Shown: positions 8,185-17,920 of the stretch, piece after piece
Numbering within the stretch: the stretch's first letter is position 1
Layout: every line of letters starts with the position of its first letter
Source: an uncultured Candidatus Saccharibacteria bacterium
Lineage (GTDB): Bacteria > Patescibacteriota > Minisyncoccia > Minisyncoccales > UBA5738
Assembly (NCBI GenBank): GCA_964603475.1
Contig: CAZRVG010000001.1
Location: 63,988 to 127,987, forward strand
Length of the DNA: 64,000 bases
Direction of reading: 5' to 3'
The notes under the pieces: generated by a model
The model's input: only the letters and a program-made list of their open reading frames with translations
Told to the model about the DNA's origin: nothing
Databases searched by the model: none
Translations under genes and position numbers: made by a program

Positions 8185-8967
8185 TTATTCGTCAAAATTT
8201 TTGGCTCGAGCTTTGAGGCGTAATTTTAGGTTTTTAATGGGATGCAAAGATATTTTTTCAATGGAATTTTTTTCATAGTAAGAAAAAGGGTTGTCCAAAT
8301 CACGCAAAAGATAAATCATATATGAAAGAATAAAGGCCACAAACAAAATAAAAAACATGCTTTCGTGAAAAGGATCAAGGCGCAAAAAAATCATCCCGCC
8401 AATCAAAAGAATGCTGATCGTCTCGGCAATCGCGTAGGCGGATTCGGAAAAACTTGTTTCGCGAATGGTGCGTATGCGCAAAACTTGTTTGCGAATTTCG
8501 GCCTGTTCGTGCTTTAGGCGGGTGATAAAAGTGGGCTGGCTGTTTTGATCAATCGCGACAAAATACGCGGTGAATTTATCGATTGATTCCATTATCTTTC
8601 TGGTGCGGTTTTTTTTGTCAACCCACGCCAAAAGATCGTTGGTAAATTTTTGACAATACTCAAAGCCAACGCGCCCGGCGGGATCTTGTTTGCTTTTGTG
8701 AAGATAAATAAACTCATCGGCAATGGAATCAATGTTTGACGCGATTATCCCGGGAATTTTTTCGGCTTCTTTGTAATCGGCCAGCACTCCGGAGAGAATA
8801 AAACCGATTAAAAATATATCGGCCGAAATCAGCGCGCCGAAAAACGTGCTAAAACTCAAAAATTCAAGCCCGAAATAGTGGCTGGCCGCCTTTAATATCG
8901 CCACAAGAAACAAGATCGGGATTATCCGCAGCATCAAGCGCCATTTTTTGTTTAAAAATTTCTCCAT
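8185..8967 (-). CDS. Bestrophin-like (UPF0187) membrane channel family protein
   Basis: 4 predicted TM segments and LRDLDNPF motif resembling bestrophin I/L-x-NPFG region. Confidence 0.45.
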   Translation of the reverse strand: MEKFLNKKWRLMLRIIPILFLVAILKAASHYFGLEFLSFSTFFGALISADIFLIGFILSGVLADYKEAEKIPGIIASNIDSIADEFIYLHKSKQDPAGRVGFEYCQKFTNDLLAWVDKKNRTRKIMESIDKFTAYFVAIDQNSQPTFITRLKHEQAEIRKQVLRIRTIRETSFSESAYAIAETISILLIGGMIFLRLDPFHESMFFILFVAFILSYMIYLLRDLDNPFSYYEKNSIEKISLHPIKNLKLRLKARAKNFDE

Positions 8968-9039
8968 TGAAGCTTTGTTAACTTTTGTTTTATTATTCTA
9001 TCATATTTCAAAAGACAATTCTATTTCGCGCCAGAAACA

Positions 9040-9073
9040 AAAAACAGGGGCTTAACTTGTCCCCTGTTTTTTA
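9040..9073. terminator. Bidirectional hairpin terminator
   Basis: A-run, acaggggc-ttaactt-gcccctgt, T-run. Confidence 0.7.
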
Positions 9074-9091
9074 TTTTTAGAAAGCGAAGAA

Positions 9092-10309
9092 TTAGTCGAC
9101 AAATGTGAGCGCCTTGCCGAATTTGGTTCCCCTGCCGGTGCGCCCGATGCGATGAATGTAATCTTCATAGGTATCGGGAAGATCATAGTTGATCACGTGG
9201 CTGATATCGGAAATATCCAGCCCGCGCGCCGCCACGTCGGTGGCAACCAAAATGTTAACAAAGCTTTTTTTGAACATATCCAGCGCTTTTTGCCTTTTGG
9301 AATAGGTTTTGTTGCTGTGAATCGACTCGGCTTTAAAGCCTTTTTTAACCAATGTTTGGCGCAAAGACTCAACCCCGCGCTTTGTTCTGCCAAAAATCAA
9401 GACTTTGGCAAAATCATTTTGCTCCAAAAGTCCTTGCAAGGTTTCCACTTTGCTTTTTCCGTTCGCAAGCCTCACCACGTCTTGATCCACGTTTTTTGAA
9501 GTGTCGCGCGTTTTGATTGAAATTTTTTGAGGCTCGTTTAAAAACTCGCAAATAAGCCTTTCAATCTCGCGATTCAATGTCGCCGAAAAGAAAAGCGTTT
9601 GCTTGTCTTTGGGCATTCCGGCAATCAAAAGACGCATATCTTCAATAAATCCCATATCCAGCATGCGATCGGCTTCATCCAAAACAATCGTGTTGAATTT
9701 GGCAAGATTGATGCGCCGGCGATTAACCAAATCCTTTAGCCTTCCGGGAGTTCCGATGATAAATTGGTTGTCATGGCGCAATTCATAGATTTGGCGCGAA
9801 ATGTTGGCGCCGCCGATGCAGCACGCCGAATAGATGTGCAACCCCTTGGAAAGGACGCGCAATTCTTCGTTTATCTGCATCGCCAATTCGCGCGTGGGCG
9901 CCACGACCAAAACCTTGCTGTTTTTATCCATTATGACCTTGTTGATCAGCGGGATAAGAAACGCCCCGGTCTTTCCCGTGCCCGTGTCGGCAATACCCAC
10001 CACGTCGCATCCAGCAAGAATATGCGGAATGGCTTTGGCCTGGATGGGAGTCGCGGACACAAAACCGCGGTTTTGCACCTGATGCGCCACCTCTTTTAAA
10101 AGCCCAAAATCGGCGAATTTGCATTCGGCCGCCAAAACTTCGGCTTCATCTTCAACAATCGCCTTGTTCACGAATTTTGAAGGATCAATTTTCGCGCCGC
10201 GAAAATTTCTTTTTTTCGCGAATCGAAAGCGGTTTTTGTTGGAACCGAACGATCGCGATTGCGAGAAAGATCTCTTGAATCTTCCCCGGCTTGCTGTGCT
10301 TGTCTGCAT
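9092..10309 (-). CDS. DEAD-box ATP-dependent RNA helicase
   Basis: Q-motif, GTGKTGAF (Walker A), DEAD, SAT, HRIGRTGR; Arg-rich N-terminal extension (start uncertain). Confidence 0.9.
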   Translation of the reverse strand: MQTSTASRGRFKRSFSQSRSFGSNKNRFRFAKKRNFRGAKIDPSKFVNKAIVEDEAEVLAAECKFADFGLLKEVAHQVQNRGFVSATPIQAKAIPHILAGCDVVGIADTGTGKTGAFLIPLINKVIMDKNSKVLVVAPTRELAMQINEELRVLSKGLHIYSACCIGGANISRQIYELRHDNQFIIGTPGRLKDLVNRRRINLAKFNTIVLDEADRMLDMGFIEDMRLLIAGMPKDKQTLFFSATLNREIERLICEFLNEPQKISIKTRDTSKNVDQDVVRLANGKSKVETLQGLLEQNDFAKVLIFGRTKRGVESLRQTLVKKGFKAESIHSNKTYSKRQKALDMFKKSFVNILVATDVAARGLDISDISHVINYDLPDTYEDYIHRIGRTGRGTKFGKALTFVD

Positions 10310-10494
10310 AACGCTTTTCTAACTTCCGGCGTTTAAACTTTCTCTATGGCTTCGTCAATCCAAACAAAAAAGCAACCGGTTAAATAATTGATCGCCAGTT
10401 TTCTAAATAAAGCTTTTTGCCAAACAAAGCTTGAGTTTAATAATATCGGGCCGCAGGCCCCGACAACAAAAACTAACGAGATTCTTTAAGTTAT

Positions 10495-10578
10495 GCCCCC
10501 ATGATACACCAAATCCCCCCATTGTCAACCCCCGCATACGCGCGAGCTCACCCCCTCCTTTCCCCATAACCCCGCCAC
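10495..10578 (-). other. G-tract cluster (six or more GGGG+ runs on minus strand) with G-quadruplex potential, downstream of hsdR
   Basis: plus strand reads gccccc...cccccc...caaccccc...caccccctcc...tccccataaccccgcc in an otherwise AT-rich genome. Confidence 0.5.
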
Positions 10579-10657
10579 ACGAAATAATCAGTTATAAACC
10601 GCTGTATCCGCGCATGGCGCGGCATATGAATTTTTAGCAAATCGGAAACCAAATAAT

Positions 10658-13600
10658 TCATTTAAAAACATTAGTTAGAGCGCTCATATCACGATAATTC
10701 TCATAAACAAAGTTGTAAACTTCCTGCCCTTTGGCTTCACAATCCCGTTCGGAATAAGTCGGCTCCGGTAATTTTGGATACAAGACATCATTTATTGTTA
10801 TTTTTACTCCTGCCCGCAATGGTTCAAAGTCTCGCCATCCAGGTATCAACTTTTGCATCAATTTTTCCAAAAGCTCTTTTGCCGCTGCTCGAACCTTCGC
10901 TATTTCATCCGGATTCAAATTATCTTTAACTAATAAATCAAAAATTGCTAGTTCGTCTTCGGAAAGACCCTCTTTTGTTGCGCGTTGTTCCTCCGCGTTT
11001 AAATCTTTGGCTAAATCAACCAAATCGCTTAAGAGCTGGTCAATGTCATGCGCCCCGCTATTATATTCTTTAAGAAGCGAATTAAAACGCTCCATAAATC
11101 TTGCTCGTTTTCTATTACGTCTTACCATTTCTTTAATCTTATCCTCTAATTCTGCGCGCAAGCTCTCCGCCTGCAGATTCTTATTTTCGAGCTTAGCAAA
11201 AAAGTCATGGAGCGCATCGGCGTCCAATATACTCAGATCTCGAAGGCGTTTATATTGCGGAATAACATATTCACCCGCTTGAATGGAGCGATCGAGCAAA
11301 TCCTCTAAGTCATTTTTTACTTGCGATACATCAATACTCGCAAGACCAACGTCATACACACGCGAAGCTATTACTCGTATTGCTGTCGCTTGATCGTAAT
11401 AATCATCGGCGGCTGGATCAGGCAAAACTGAACGATAACTACTGTAAACATCGCCCGCGATATTTAACATTTTCTTTTTCTTTTCTTGATCTTGAGTAAT
11501 AGCATTGGCCGCATGTTCTATCAATAGGAGTTTTTCTTCTGCTGGTGCTAAAATAATCTTTTCCAAATGGATACCATTGCCATCTAAAAATTTATTGGCC
11601 AAGCTTAGAACGCTTTTAAGCTCATCAATCAATTCTTCTTTGCTGCGGATTATTTCATCATTTCCTCCCGTGGTTGTAGCATAGAGCGATAATGCTTTTT
11701 CAATATTGCGGAACACACCGATATAATCCACAATTAAACCATTCTTTTTCCCCGGGGAAACCCGATTTGCACGGGCAATTGCTTGCATTAAGGTATGATT
11801 TTTTAATGGCTTGTCCAGATATAAAGTTGAAAGATTGGGTACATCAAAACCCGTCATCCACATTGCGCATACAAAAACAATGCGCAAATTGCTGTCTGAT
11901 TTTTTAAATTCTTCTTCAAGGTTGCCTTGCGCAATGCGCGCGCGTAACGGTCGCATGTCAATCTCAAATGGCTCAAGATCGGCAATTTCATTTTGGCTTT
12001 GGCTTACCATAACCGCCATATCCACGTGTTCGTGTCGGGAAAGCTGTTCTTCTATTTTGCTACGCTGATAATCATCCGTAGCCCGCGAAAGATCCATTCT
12101 TAATTTGGCCAAATATCGTTCCCATTCCGCATGTACTTTGGTATACATCCGCACCGCGGTCTTTTTGTCTACCGAAACCACCATTGCCTTACCATCATAG
12201 CCACGGCCAACGAAATGATTTACAATATCCCGCGCAATAGCGTTTAAACGATCTTCGCGGGTTACCAAGTGATAAAATGTCGAAAACTCTTGCTCTAATT
12301 TTTCCTCTTGATCGTCATTCAAATCATAAAAATCCATCACTTTGCCAATTTCATCTTCGAGGTGATCATTCACATTTTCCAAACGAGGCACCCGGTTTTC
12401 ATAATATAAGGGAACCGTTGCTCCATCACGAACCGAATCGCCAAAGTTATATTGAGAAACATAATCGCCAAAGGTTTCGCGGGTTTTTTCTTCGCCCGAA
12501 GCCATAAGCGGCGTTCCGGTAAAACCGATAAACGAGGCATAAGGCAGCGCGCGCCGCATATTTTGCGCCATACGGTCATATTGGGTGCGATGCGCTTCAT
12601 CAGTCATCACAATAATGTCATTACGTTTCGAAATTGCTCCCGGGATATCCTGAAATTTTTGAATTGTTGTAAAAATTTGGCGATGATCGGCTTGCAATAA
12701 TTCCTTAAGATGAACAATTGATTCGGCGTGCACTTCTTTTTCATATATCGCCCCTACGTTGGCAAAATTTTTATAAGCTTGCCGGTCAAGATCACTGCGG
12801 TCGGTTACAACAACAAAAGTAAAATTACCGTCAAGCTTTCGGAAAACTTTTTGCGAAAGATACACCATTGAATAAGATTTTCCCGATCCTTGAGTGTGCC
12901 AAAAAACGCCAAGCTTGCCAAAGTTGGTTTTGCGATCAATAACATTATTAAACGCCCGGTTAACTCCGTGATATTGAAAATAACGCGGTACGATCTTTTT
13001 TGTTTCTGCGAGCGATTCGTCAAATAATATAAAATTTTCGAAAATATCCATCAAGCGCCGCTTATCGCAAATACCGCTAATGAGCGTTGTTAAATCATTT
13101 TTTGCCGGCTCCTCTTCATTTTCCGCTTTTTTCCATTCATTAAAAAATTCGTAAGGCGAAGTTAATGACCCAAATTTATTTTCGATTCCATTAGAAATAA
13201 CAATCCCCATATTGTACCAAAAAATTTTAGGAATTGTATCTTTGTAATCGCGCAGATTATCTCGGTACGCATCCACTAAACTTTTATGCGCGGCTTTGAG
13301 TTCCATTAGTATCAAAGGAATACCGTTTACGAACAACACCACATCCGGCCGGCGTGTATACATTTCGCCCACAATCCATAACTGCGAAACGCACAGAAAA
13401 TCATTGTTTTCCGGTTTTTTAAAATCAAAAAACCTCACCCGTTCGGTTTTGATTTCTCCGTCCGTCCCGGGAACTTGAACGCTCGCCCCATCGCGCAAAA
13501 GCGCATAAACCTCTTTATTCGCGTTCGCCAAAGAAAGATGCGACCGATCGCGCATTATTTGCTCTATTGCTTGATCCAAAGCCTCGCGCGGCAACCCCGG

Positions 13601-13786
13601 ATTCAATTTTTCCAGCGCCAACATCAATCTTTTCTCAAGCACCACTTCCCCCCGATGCGCCCGCCCCAGTTTGGCATCATCAACATCGGCATAAGCATCA
13701 ATACAACACTCCAAACCGCCCCATAATTCCCTTATGATTTTTATCACCGTCCGCTCCACCAAATTGTCCTCAGAAAATTGATTCAT
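10658..13786 (-). CDS. hsdR: Type I restriction enzyme R subunit
   Basis: 1042 aa; N-terminal nuclease region, SF2 helicase motifs (TQGSGKS, VMTDEAHRTQ, FTGTP), C-terminal HsdR domain. Confidence 0.9.
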   Translation of the reverse strand: MNQFSEDNLVERTVIKIIRELWGGLECCIDAYADVDDAKLGRAHRGEVVLEKRLMLALEKLNPGLPREALDQAIEQIMRDRSHLSLANANKEVYALLRDGASVQVPGTDGEIKTERVRFFDFKKPENNDFLCVSQLWIVGEMYTRRPDVVLFVNGIPLILMELKAAHKSLVDAYRDNLRDYKDTIPKIFWYNMGIVISNGIENKFGSLTSPYEFFNEWKKAENEEEPAKNDLTTLISGICDKRRLMDIFENFILFDESLAETKKIVPRYFQYHGVNRAFNNVIDRKTNFGKLGVFWHTQGSGKSYSMVYLSQKVFRKLDGNFTFVVVTDRSDLDRQAYKNFANVGAIYEKEVHAESIVHLKELLQADHRQIFTTIQKFQDIPGAISKRNDIIVMTDEAHRTQYDRMAQNMRRALPYASFIGFTGTPLMASGEEKTRETFGDYVSQYNFGDSVRDGATVPLYYENRVPRLENVNDHLEDEIGKVMDFYDLNDDQEEKLEQEFSTFYHLVTREDRLNAIARDIVNHFVGRGYDGKAMVVSVDKKTAVRMYTKVHAEWERYLAKLRMDLSRATDDYQRSKIEEQLSRHEHVDMAVMVSQSQNEIADLEPFEIDMRPLRARIAQGNLEEEFKKSDSNLRIVFVCAMWMTGFDVPNLSTLYLDKPLKNHTLMQAIARANRVSPGKKNGLIVDYIGVFRNIEKALSLYATTTGGNDEIIRSKEELIDELKSVLSLANKFLDGNGIHLEKIILAPAEEKLLLIEHAANAITQDQEKKKKMLNIAGDVYSSYRSVLPDPAADDYYDQATAIRVIASRVYDVGLASIDVSQVKNDLEDLLDRSIQAGEYVIPQYKRLRDLSILDADALHDFFAKLENKNLQAESLRAELEDKIKEMVRRNRKRARFMERFNSLLKEYNSGAHDIDQLLSDLVDLAKDLNAEEQRATKEGLSEDELAIFDLLVKDNLNPDEIAKVRAAAKELLEKLMQKLIPGWRDFEPLRAGVKITINDVLYPKLPEPTYSERDCEAKGQEVYNFVYENYRDMSALTNVFK

Positions 13787-13803
13787 AAAATCATATTATT
13801 TTT

Positions 13804-14427
13804 TTATAATTTCAACTCTTCATCTTCTGGCCAATATAATAAAGCCGCCGTTCGTTGTTTCGTCAACAGAACACTAACCCGCACAAAATAATTTGGACAG
13901 CAACCAAGGATATAAATACTTTTGTTATAAGGAAAATGCTCTTTTATATTACGCGGCAAAATGTCAATTTTTAATAATAAAGAATCTTTATAGTTTTTTT
14001 CTATTGGCGTAATGAAGGTTTCTTTTTTGAGTGATTCTTTGCATAAATCGAGCGGTAATGTATAAAAATAAAGCAAATTAAAAGGAGCAACAACCGGAAA
14101 CCAATTCAAAGTTCTTTCGTACAATATTTCGCCAGGGTAATGTCTTCTAAAATGCATTTTCTGATTGCCGGGATGTAGCGTGATATGAAAACCACTCTTG
14201 ACCGGAAAAGACTTTTCAGGTACATGAAAATTGAATTTATTATCTTTAAATCGGCTTATGCCACATTCAACCGCCAATCCAATATTTTCATCACTATGAA
14301 ATTTTGAAATAAAAACCAAAGAGCCGTCGGACGAAAATTTTATACTGCCCAAATTAATTTTTCTAATTCCCTGCTTAATAACAAGCCGAAATTTTTTTGT
14401 ATTTTTGTAAACTAATTGATCCGCCAT
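13804..14427 (-). CDS. Hypothetical protein embedded between hsdS and hsdR (no recognisable domain)
   Basis: 207-aa ORF, 4-nt gap to hsdS stop and 17-nt gap to hsdR start, same strand; no motif recognised. Confidence 0.5.
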   Translation of the reverse strand: MADQLVYKNTKKFRLVIKQGIRKINLGSIKFSSDGSLVFISKFHSDENIGLAVECGISRFKDNKFNFHVPEKSFPVKSGFHITLHPGNQKMHFRRHYPGEILYERTLNWFPVVAPFNLLYFYTLPLDLCKESLKKETFITPIEKNYKDSLLLKIDILPRNIKEHFPYNKSIYILGCCPNYFVRVSVLLTKQRTAALLYWPEDEELKL

Positions 14428-14431
14428 ATAG

Positions 14432-15697
14432 TTATGTTATCTCTCTTTTCCCCGTTACCAATTGCGAAATTAAAAGATCGCGAGTTTTGGCTAAATTTTG
14501 ATTTTTTTCTTGTAACGAAATTATCATATCGAAATACTTTCCAAACAACCCGCTAAATTCATCAAGAATAACTGAATTTGGAATAATAATTTTTATATTC
14601 TTAACTTGTACCGGACTTAAATTTTGTTGCGCTGCTCCGTTAGACATTGCTTCCAATTTTTGCTGAAATTTTTTTTGCCTAAATAGTAAATAAGTAAATT
14701 CTCTATTATTTTTATTCACTAAATCAAGTTTTGCAACTCGCTGATTCAACACATGATCTAACCCGTATACAAGACAAATACGCCCAACATTTCCCGTCAG
14801 TGAAAGTAATATGTCGCCATTTTTTAACACACATGCCGCAGGTAATTTTGCGGGCAACTCGTCAATAAACGAATCAAAATTTAATACAAATTTACCATCA
14901 TGAACATTTTTAATTGTAACAATTTTATATTTACCAATTTTTTTGTATGTTGAACCCTTAAACGGAAAGCCTGAAATTACATTTGCGATTTCTCCAATAG
15001 ACCCGATACTCCACCCTTCAGGGATCATACCGCATTCCTTGCCGGAATCAACCATTTTCACTTTTTCGTGCCCGGGGAATTTAAACTTCACGAACCATTC
15101 GTTATAAAGCCTCTGCGCCATTTCCTCCAAAATCCTGATCCGCTTCTCGTTATTTTCAATCAAATCATCATATGCCGAAAGTACTTCCGCAATTTTGTCT
15201 TGTTCTTTTACTTCCGGCACGTTAAGAGTTATGGTCTTAATTTTATTAAGGCTTAAATTATCTTGAGCGGTTCCTTTTGCGGTTTTCTGAAAACTTTTTT
15301 TTGCGTGATCAAGTGCATATTTAACAAATTTAACGTTCGATTTTTTCGAATCGGCAATAAAGCCAACTACACTATCGGGAAAACACGCCGGATAAGATAA
15401 AATTGCATTTTCAGCAATATTGGCCGCAATTGTTATGCAAAGCGTCTCCGCAGGCCAAAGCTTACTCTGCTTTAATCCGGTTTCATTATAAGTTTGTTCG
15501 TGTTTTGTAACATAAAAATTTGAATGTTTAATATCGGAAGTTTGAATAAATGGATAATCGCCTCCATACAAAAAACTATCGTTGCGCGGTCGATGTTTTG
15601 ATTTCCCACGAGCAACGGTTCCAAGTTTGAATAATGATTGTTTTGTCCAAGTCGCCATATCTAAATTTTTATTCTTTTTAACATAAAACCTTGACAA
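14432..15697 (-). CDS. hsdS: Type I restriction-modification specificity subunit (two target recognition domains)
   Basis: duplicated TRD architecture, conserved central and C-terminal coiled regions (LEEMAQRLYNEWFVKF; ISQLVTGK). Confidence 0.85.
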   Translation of the reverse strand: MSRFYVKKNKNLDMATWTKQSLFKLGTVARGKSKHRPRNDSFLYGGDYPFIQTSDIKHSNFYVTKHEQTYNETGLKQSKLWPAETLCITIAANIAENAILSYPACFPDSVVGFIADSKKSNVKFVKYALDHAKKSFQKTAKGTAQDNLSLNKIKTITLNVPEVKEQDKIAEVLSAYDDLIENNEKRIRILEEMAQRLYNEWFVKFKFPGHEKVKMVDSGKECGMIPEGWSIGSIGEIANVISGFPFKGSTYKKIGKYKIVTIKNVHDGKFVLNFDSFIDELPAKLPAACVLKNGDILLSLTGNVGRICLVYGLDHVLNQRVAKLDLVNKNNREFTYLLFRQKKFQQKLEAMSNGAAQQNLSPVQVKNIKIIIPNSVILDEFSGLFGKYFDMIISLQEKNQNLAKTRDLLISQLVTGKREIT

Positions 15698-15832
15698 TAT
15701 ACCAGCTATGCTGTTATTCTTTATGTAGAAGCATGCAATAATAACTTTGAGCGCGCTTCGGTGCTCCCCCGGAGAATCCGGGGCTTCAGCCGGGGAATTC
15801 CACGCTCTCAGATCGCTGCTTCAACAAAGATC

Positions 15833-16525
15833 TCAATCATCGGATTGAGTTTTTTGTTTTTTGCGGTTGCTTATCCAATAATCTTTGAACAATTCTTTTT
15901 CAGCGACAATATTATTTTTTAAAATTCCATAAAATTCATCGCCGCTTTCCTTTTTGTTCAGATAAGCCGCGACCGCGCCGGCGAGCCAATCAACAATTTG
16001 AATATTCGGATATTGTTTGGAATCCACCGTTTGGATTCTAACTTGCGCTCCTTTTACTAAATTTGGCAACAATCGCGCGGTTAAATTATCAATAAATTCC
16101 TGCTTGCCCACGCCCTTTAATCTTCTTTGATCGCAAAATATATGCAATAAAGATTCTTGCAAGGGCAAATATAAATCCAAAGTTTCCCCAACCAATTGGG
16201 TGTAAAGCAATCCGCTTTTTAACGACTTTTTTCCTCTGAATTCCAGCGGTATATTTTGACAGTCAAGATAGGTGTAAAATATGCGCACATCCATTTTCGC
16301 AATCTGGTGCAAAGTTCGCAATTTTAAATTTTTATCAATTCCCGAATCGGAAAACTTAATTTCCGATTGTTTGCGCATTGCTTTTGGGAATTTTAGCGCG
16401 CACCAAGATTTGAATTTCTTATGAGTTCTTTTGGGTTCGCCAACTGTAAATGACGCGATTAAAAAATAGCGTTCATTTGTCTTTTTATTGAATTGTCCGC
16501 TTTCATCTAAAAAGATATAAGCCAT
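15833..16525 (-). CDS. DUF3800 family protein inserted in the hsd operon
   Basis: N-terminal AYIFLDESG motif typical of DUF3800; between hsdM and hsdS. Confidence 0.6.
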   Translation of the reverse strand: MAYIFLDESGQFNKKTNERYFLIASFTVGEPKRTHKKFKSWCALKFPKAMRKQSEIKFSDSGIDKNLKLRTLHQIAKMDVRIFYTYLDCQNIPLEFRGKKSLKSGLLYTQLVGETLDLYLPLQESLLHIFCDQRRLKGVGKQEFIDNLTARLLPNLVKGAQVRIQTVDSKQYPNIQIVDWLAGAVAAYLNKKESGDEFYGILKNNIVAEKELFKDYWISNRKKQKTQSDD

Positions 16526-16557
16526 ACTTTTTCAACAGATTATTTTGACAATTAAAT

Positions 16558-17613
16558 TCACAAAATTTTTTTCCAATCGTCTTGAATTTTATTTTCAAGT
16601 TCGTGCGCATCTTTAGTTAATGCAATAAACTCACTCATTAATTCTTTCATCCGCGTTTCAAAATCCGCGTTGTCAATTTCATTTTCAATAATCTCCACAT
16701 ACCTCCCCGGATTCAGCGAATAATCATTGGCCCGAATTTCTTCCAATGTCGCCATCTTGCACCGGCCTTTTATATCTTTGTATTTGCCCGCATTTTCCTC
16801 GCCGCGATACCGTCGCACAATTCCCGCGATTTCTTGGATTTGGTCATCCGTCCATTCGCTGTGAGCGCGATCAATTGGCGTGAATATATCCTGCGCGTTG
16901 ATAAACAATACTTTCTTTTCTCTATTTGTTCCGCGCTTGCCTTTGTCAAAAAACCATAACATGCAAGAAAGCGTGGCGTTCATAAACATATTCGTGCCAA
17001 CGGAAATAATCACATCGATAAAGCCGGCTTCAACCATTTTTTGACGAATCTCTTTTTCTTTATTCCCGGCATCGCTGGCGCTATTTGCCATAACAAAACC
17101 TGCGCGCCCTTTGTCATTCAACGCGCTGGCAAACATCTGCATCCAAAGGTAGTTGGCATTGCTGATTTCGTTTTTGCCGGTAAGCGGCAGGCCGTAATTA
17201 TAACGCTGGTCGCCTTGCAGGCGCGCCGGATCAATTACTATTTGCCCGTTTTTATCCTTTCCTTTCACATTAAAGGGAGGGTTTGCAAGGACGAAATCAA
17301 ATTGTCCGATGCTTTTATGTAAATCTTCATAAAACGAATTAGCCAGTTCAATTTTTCCCGAAAGCCCGTGAATCGCCAGATTCATTTTGGAAACTTTCAA
17401 ATTGCTTTCTCCTTTTTCCTGGCCATAAATATGGATTTCTTCCATTATCGGCCGATAGGTTTTGTGCTTGGCGATAAATTTTGCGGATTGGACGAACATC
17501 CCGCCCGAACCGCAAGCCGGATCATAAATCTTGCCGTGATAGGGCTCTATAACTTCCGCTAAAAGCTTAACGATTGATTGCGGCGTGAAAAATTCTCCGC
17601 CAACCCGATATTT
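16558..17613 (-). pseudogene. hsdM: Type I RM N6-adenine methyltransferase subunit, N-terminally truncated (HsdM_N domain absent; first ATG lies after SAM-binding motif I)
   Basis: reading frame open from 17613 encodes ...GGEFFTPQSIVKLLAEVIEPYHGKIYDPACGSGG-MFVQ... then NPPF catalytic motif; in-frame stop at 17614-17616; only about 200 nt to the tRNA, so no room for the 150-aa N-domain. Confidence 0.7.
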
Positions 17614-17785
17614 TCAAAATTTCGCGAAGCCTGCTGTCCTTGATTTATGTTATTTTGCCCGCGTCTAACCTCATTTTTTGGGATAAAACGCGTTGGAGGT
17701 TATTGGTTAGCTTATCATGGCGGCGGGAAAATTTAAAGGTAAAATTTGGGCATTTTGATTTTTTCATTTGCTATTAACTATTAAC

Positions 17786-17815
17786 TAAAACTGCCGCCAT
17801 ATGGCGGCAGTTTTG
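17786..17815. terminator. Perfect palindromic hairpin aaaactgccgcc-atat-ggcggcagtttt just 3' of tRNA-Glu
   Basis: read directly; flanked by A/T runs on both strands. Confidence 0.7.
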
Positions 17816-17820
17816 CGGCG

Positions 17821-17893
17821 GCCCCAACCGGAGTCGAACCGGTGTTCCCTGGCTGAGAACCAGATGTCCTGGGCCGCTAGACGATGGGGCCAA
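17821..17893 (-). tRNA. tRNA-Glu (anticodon CTC)
   Basis: cloverleaf folded by hand: acceptor GGCCCCA/TGGGGCC, D arm GTCT..GGAC, anticodon loop TTCTCAG, T loop TTCGACT. Confidence 0.75.
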
Positions 17894-17920
17894 AAAGTTG
17901 CCTAACAATGCGATTATAAA

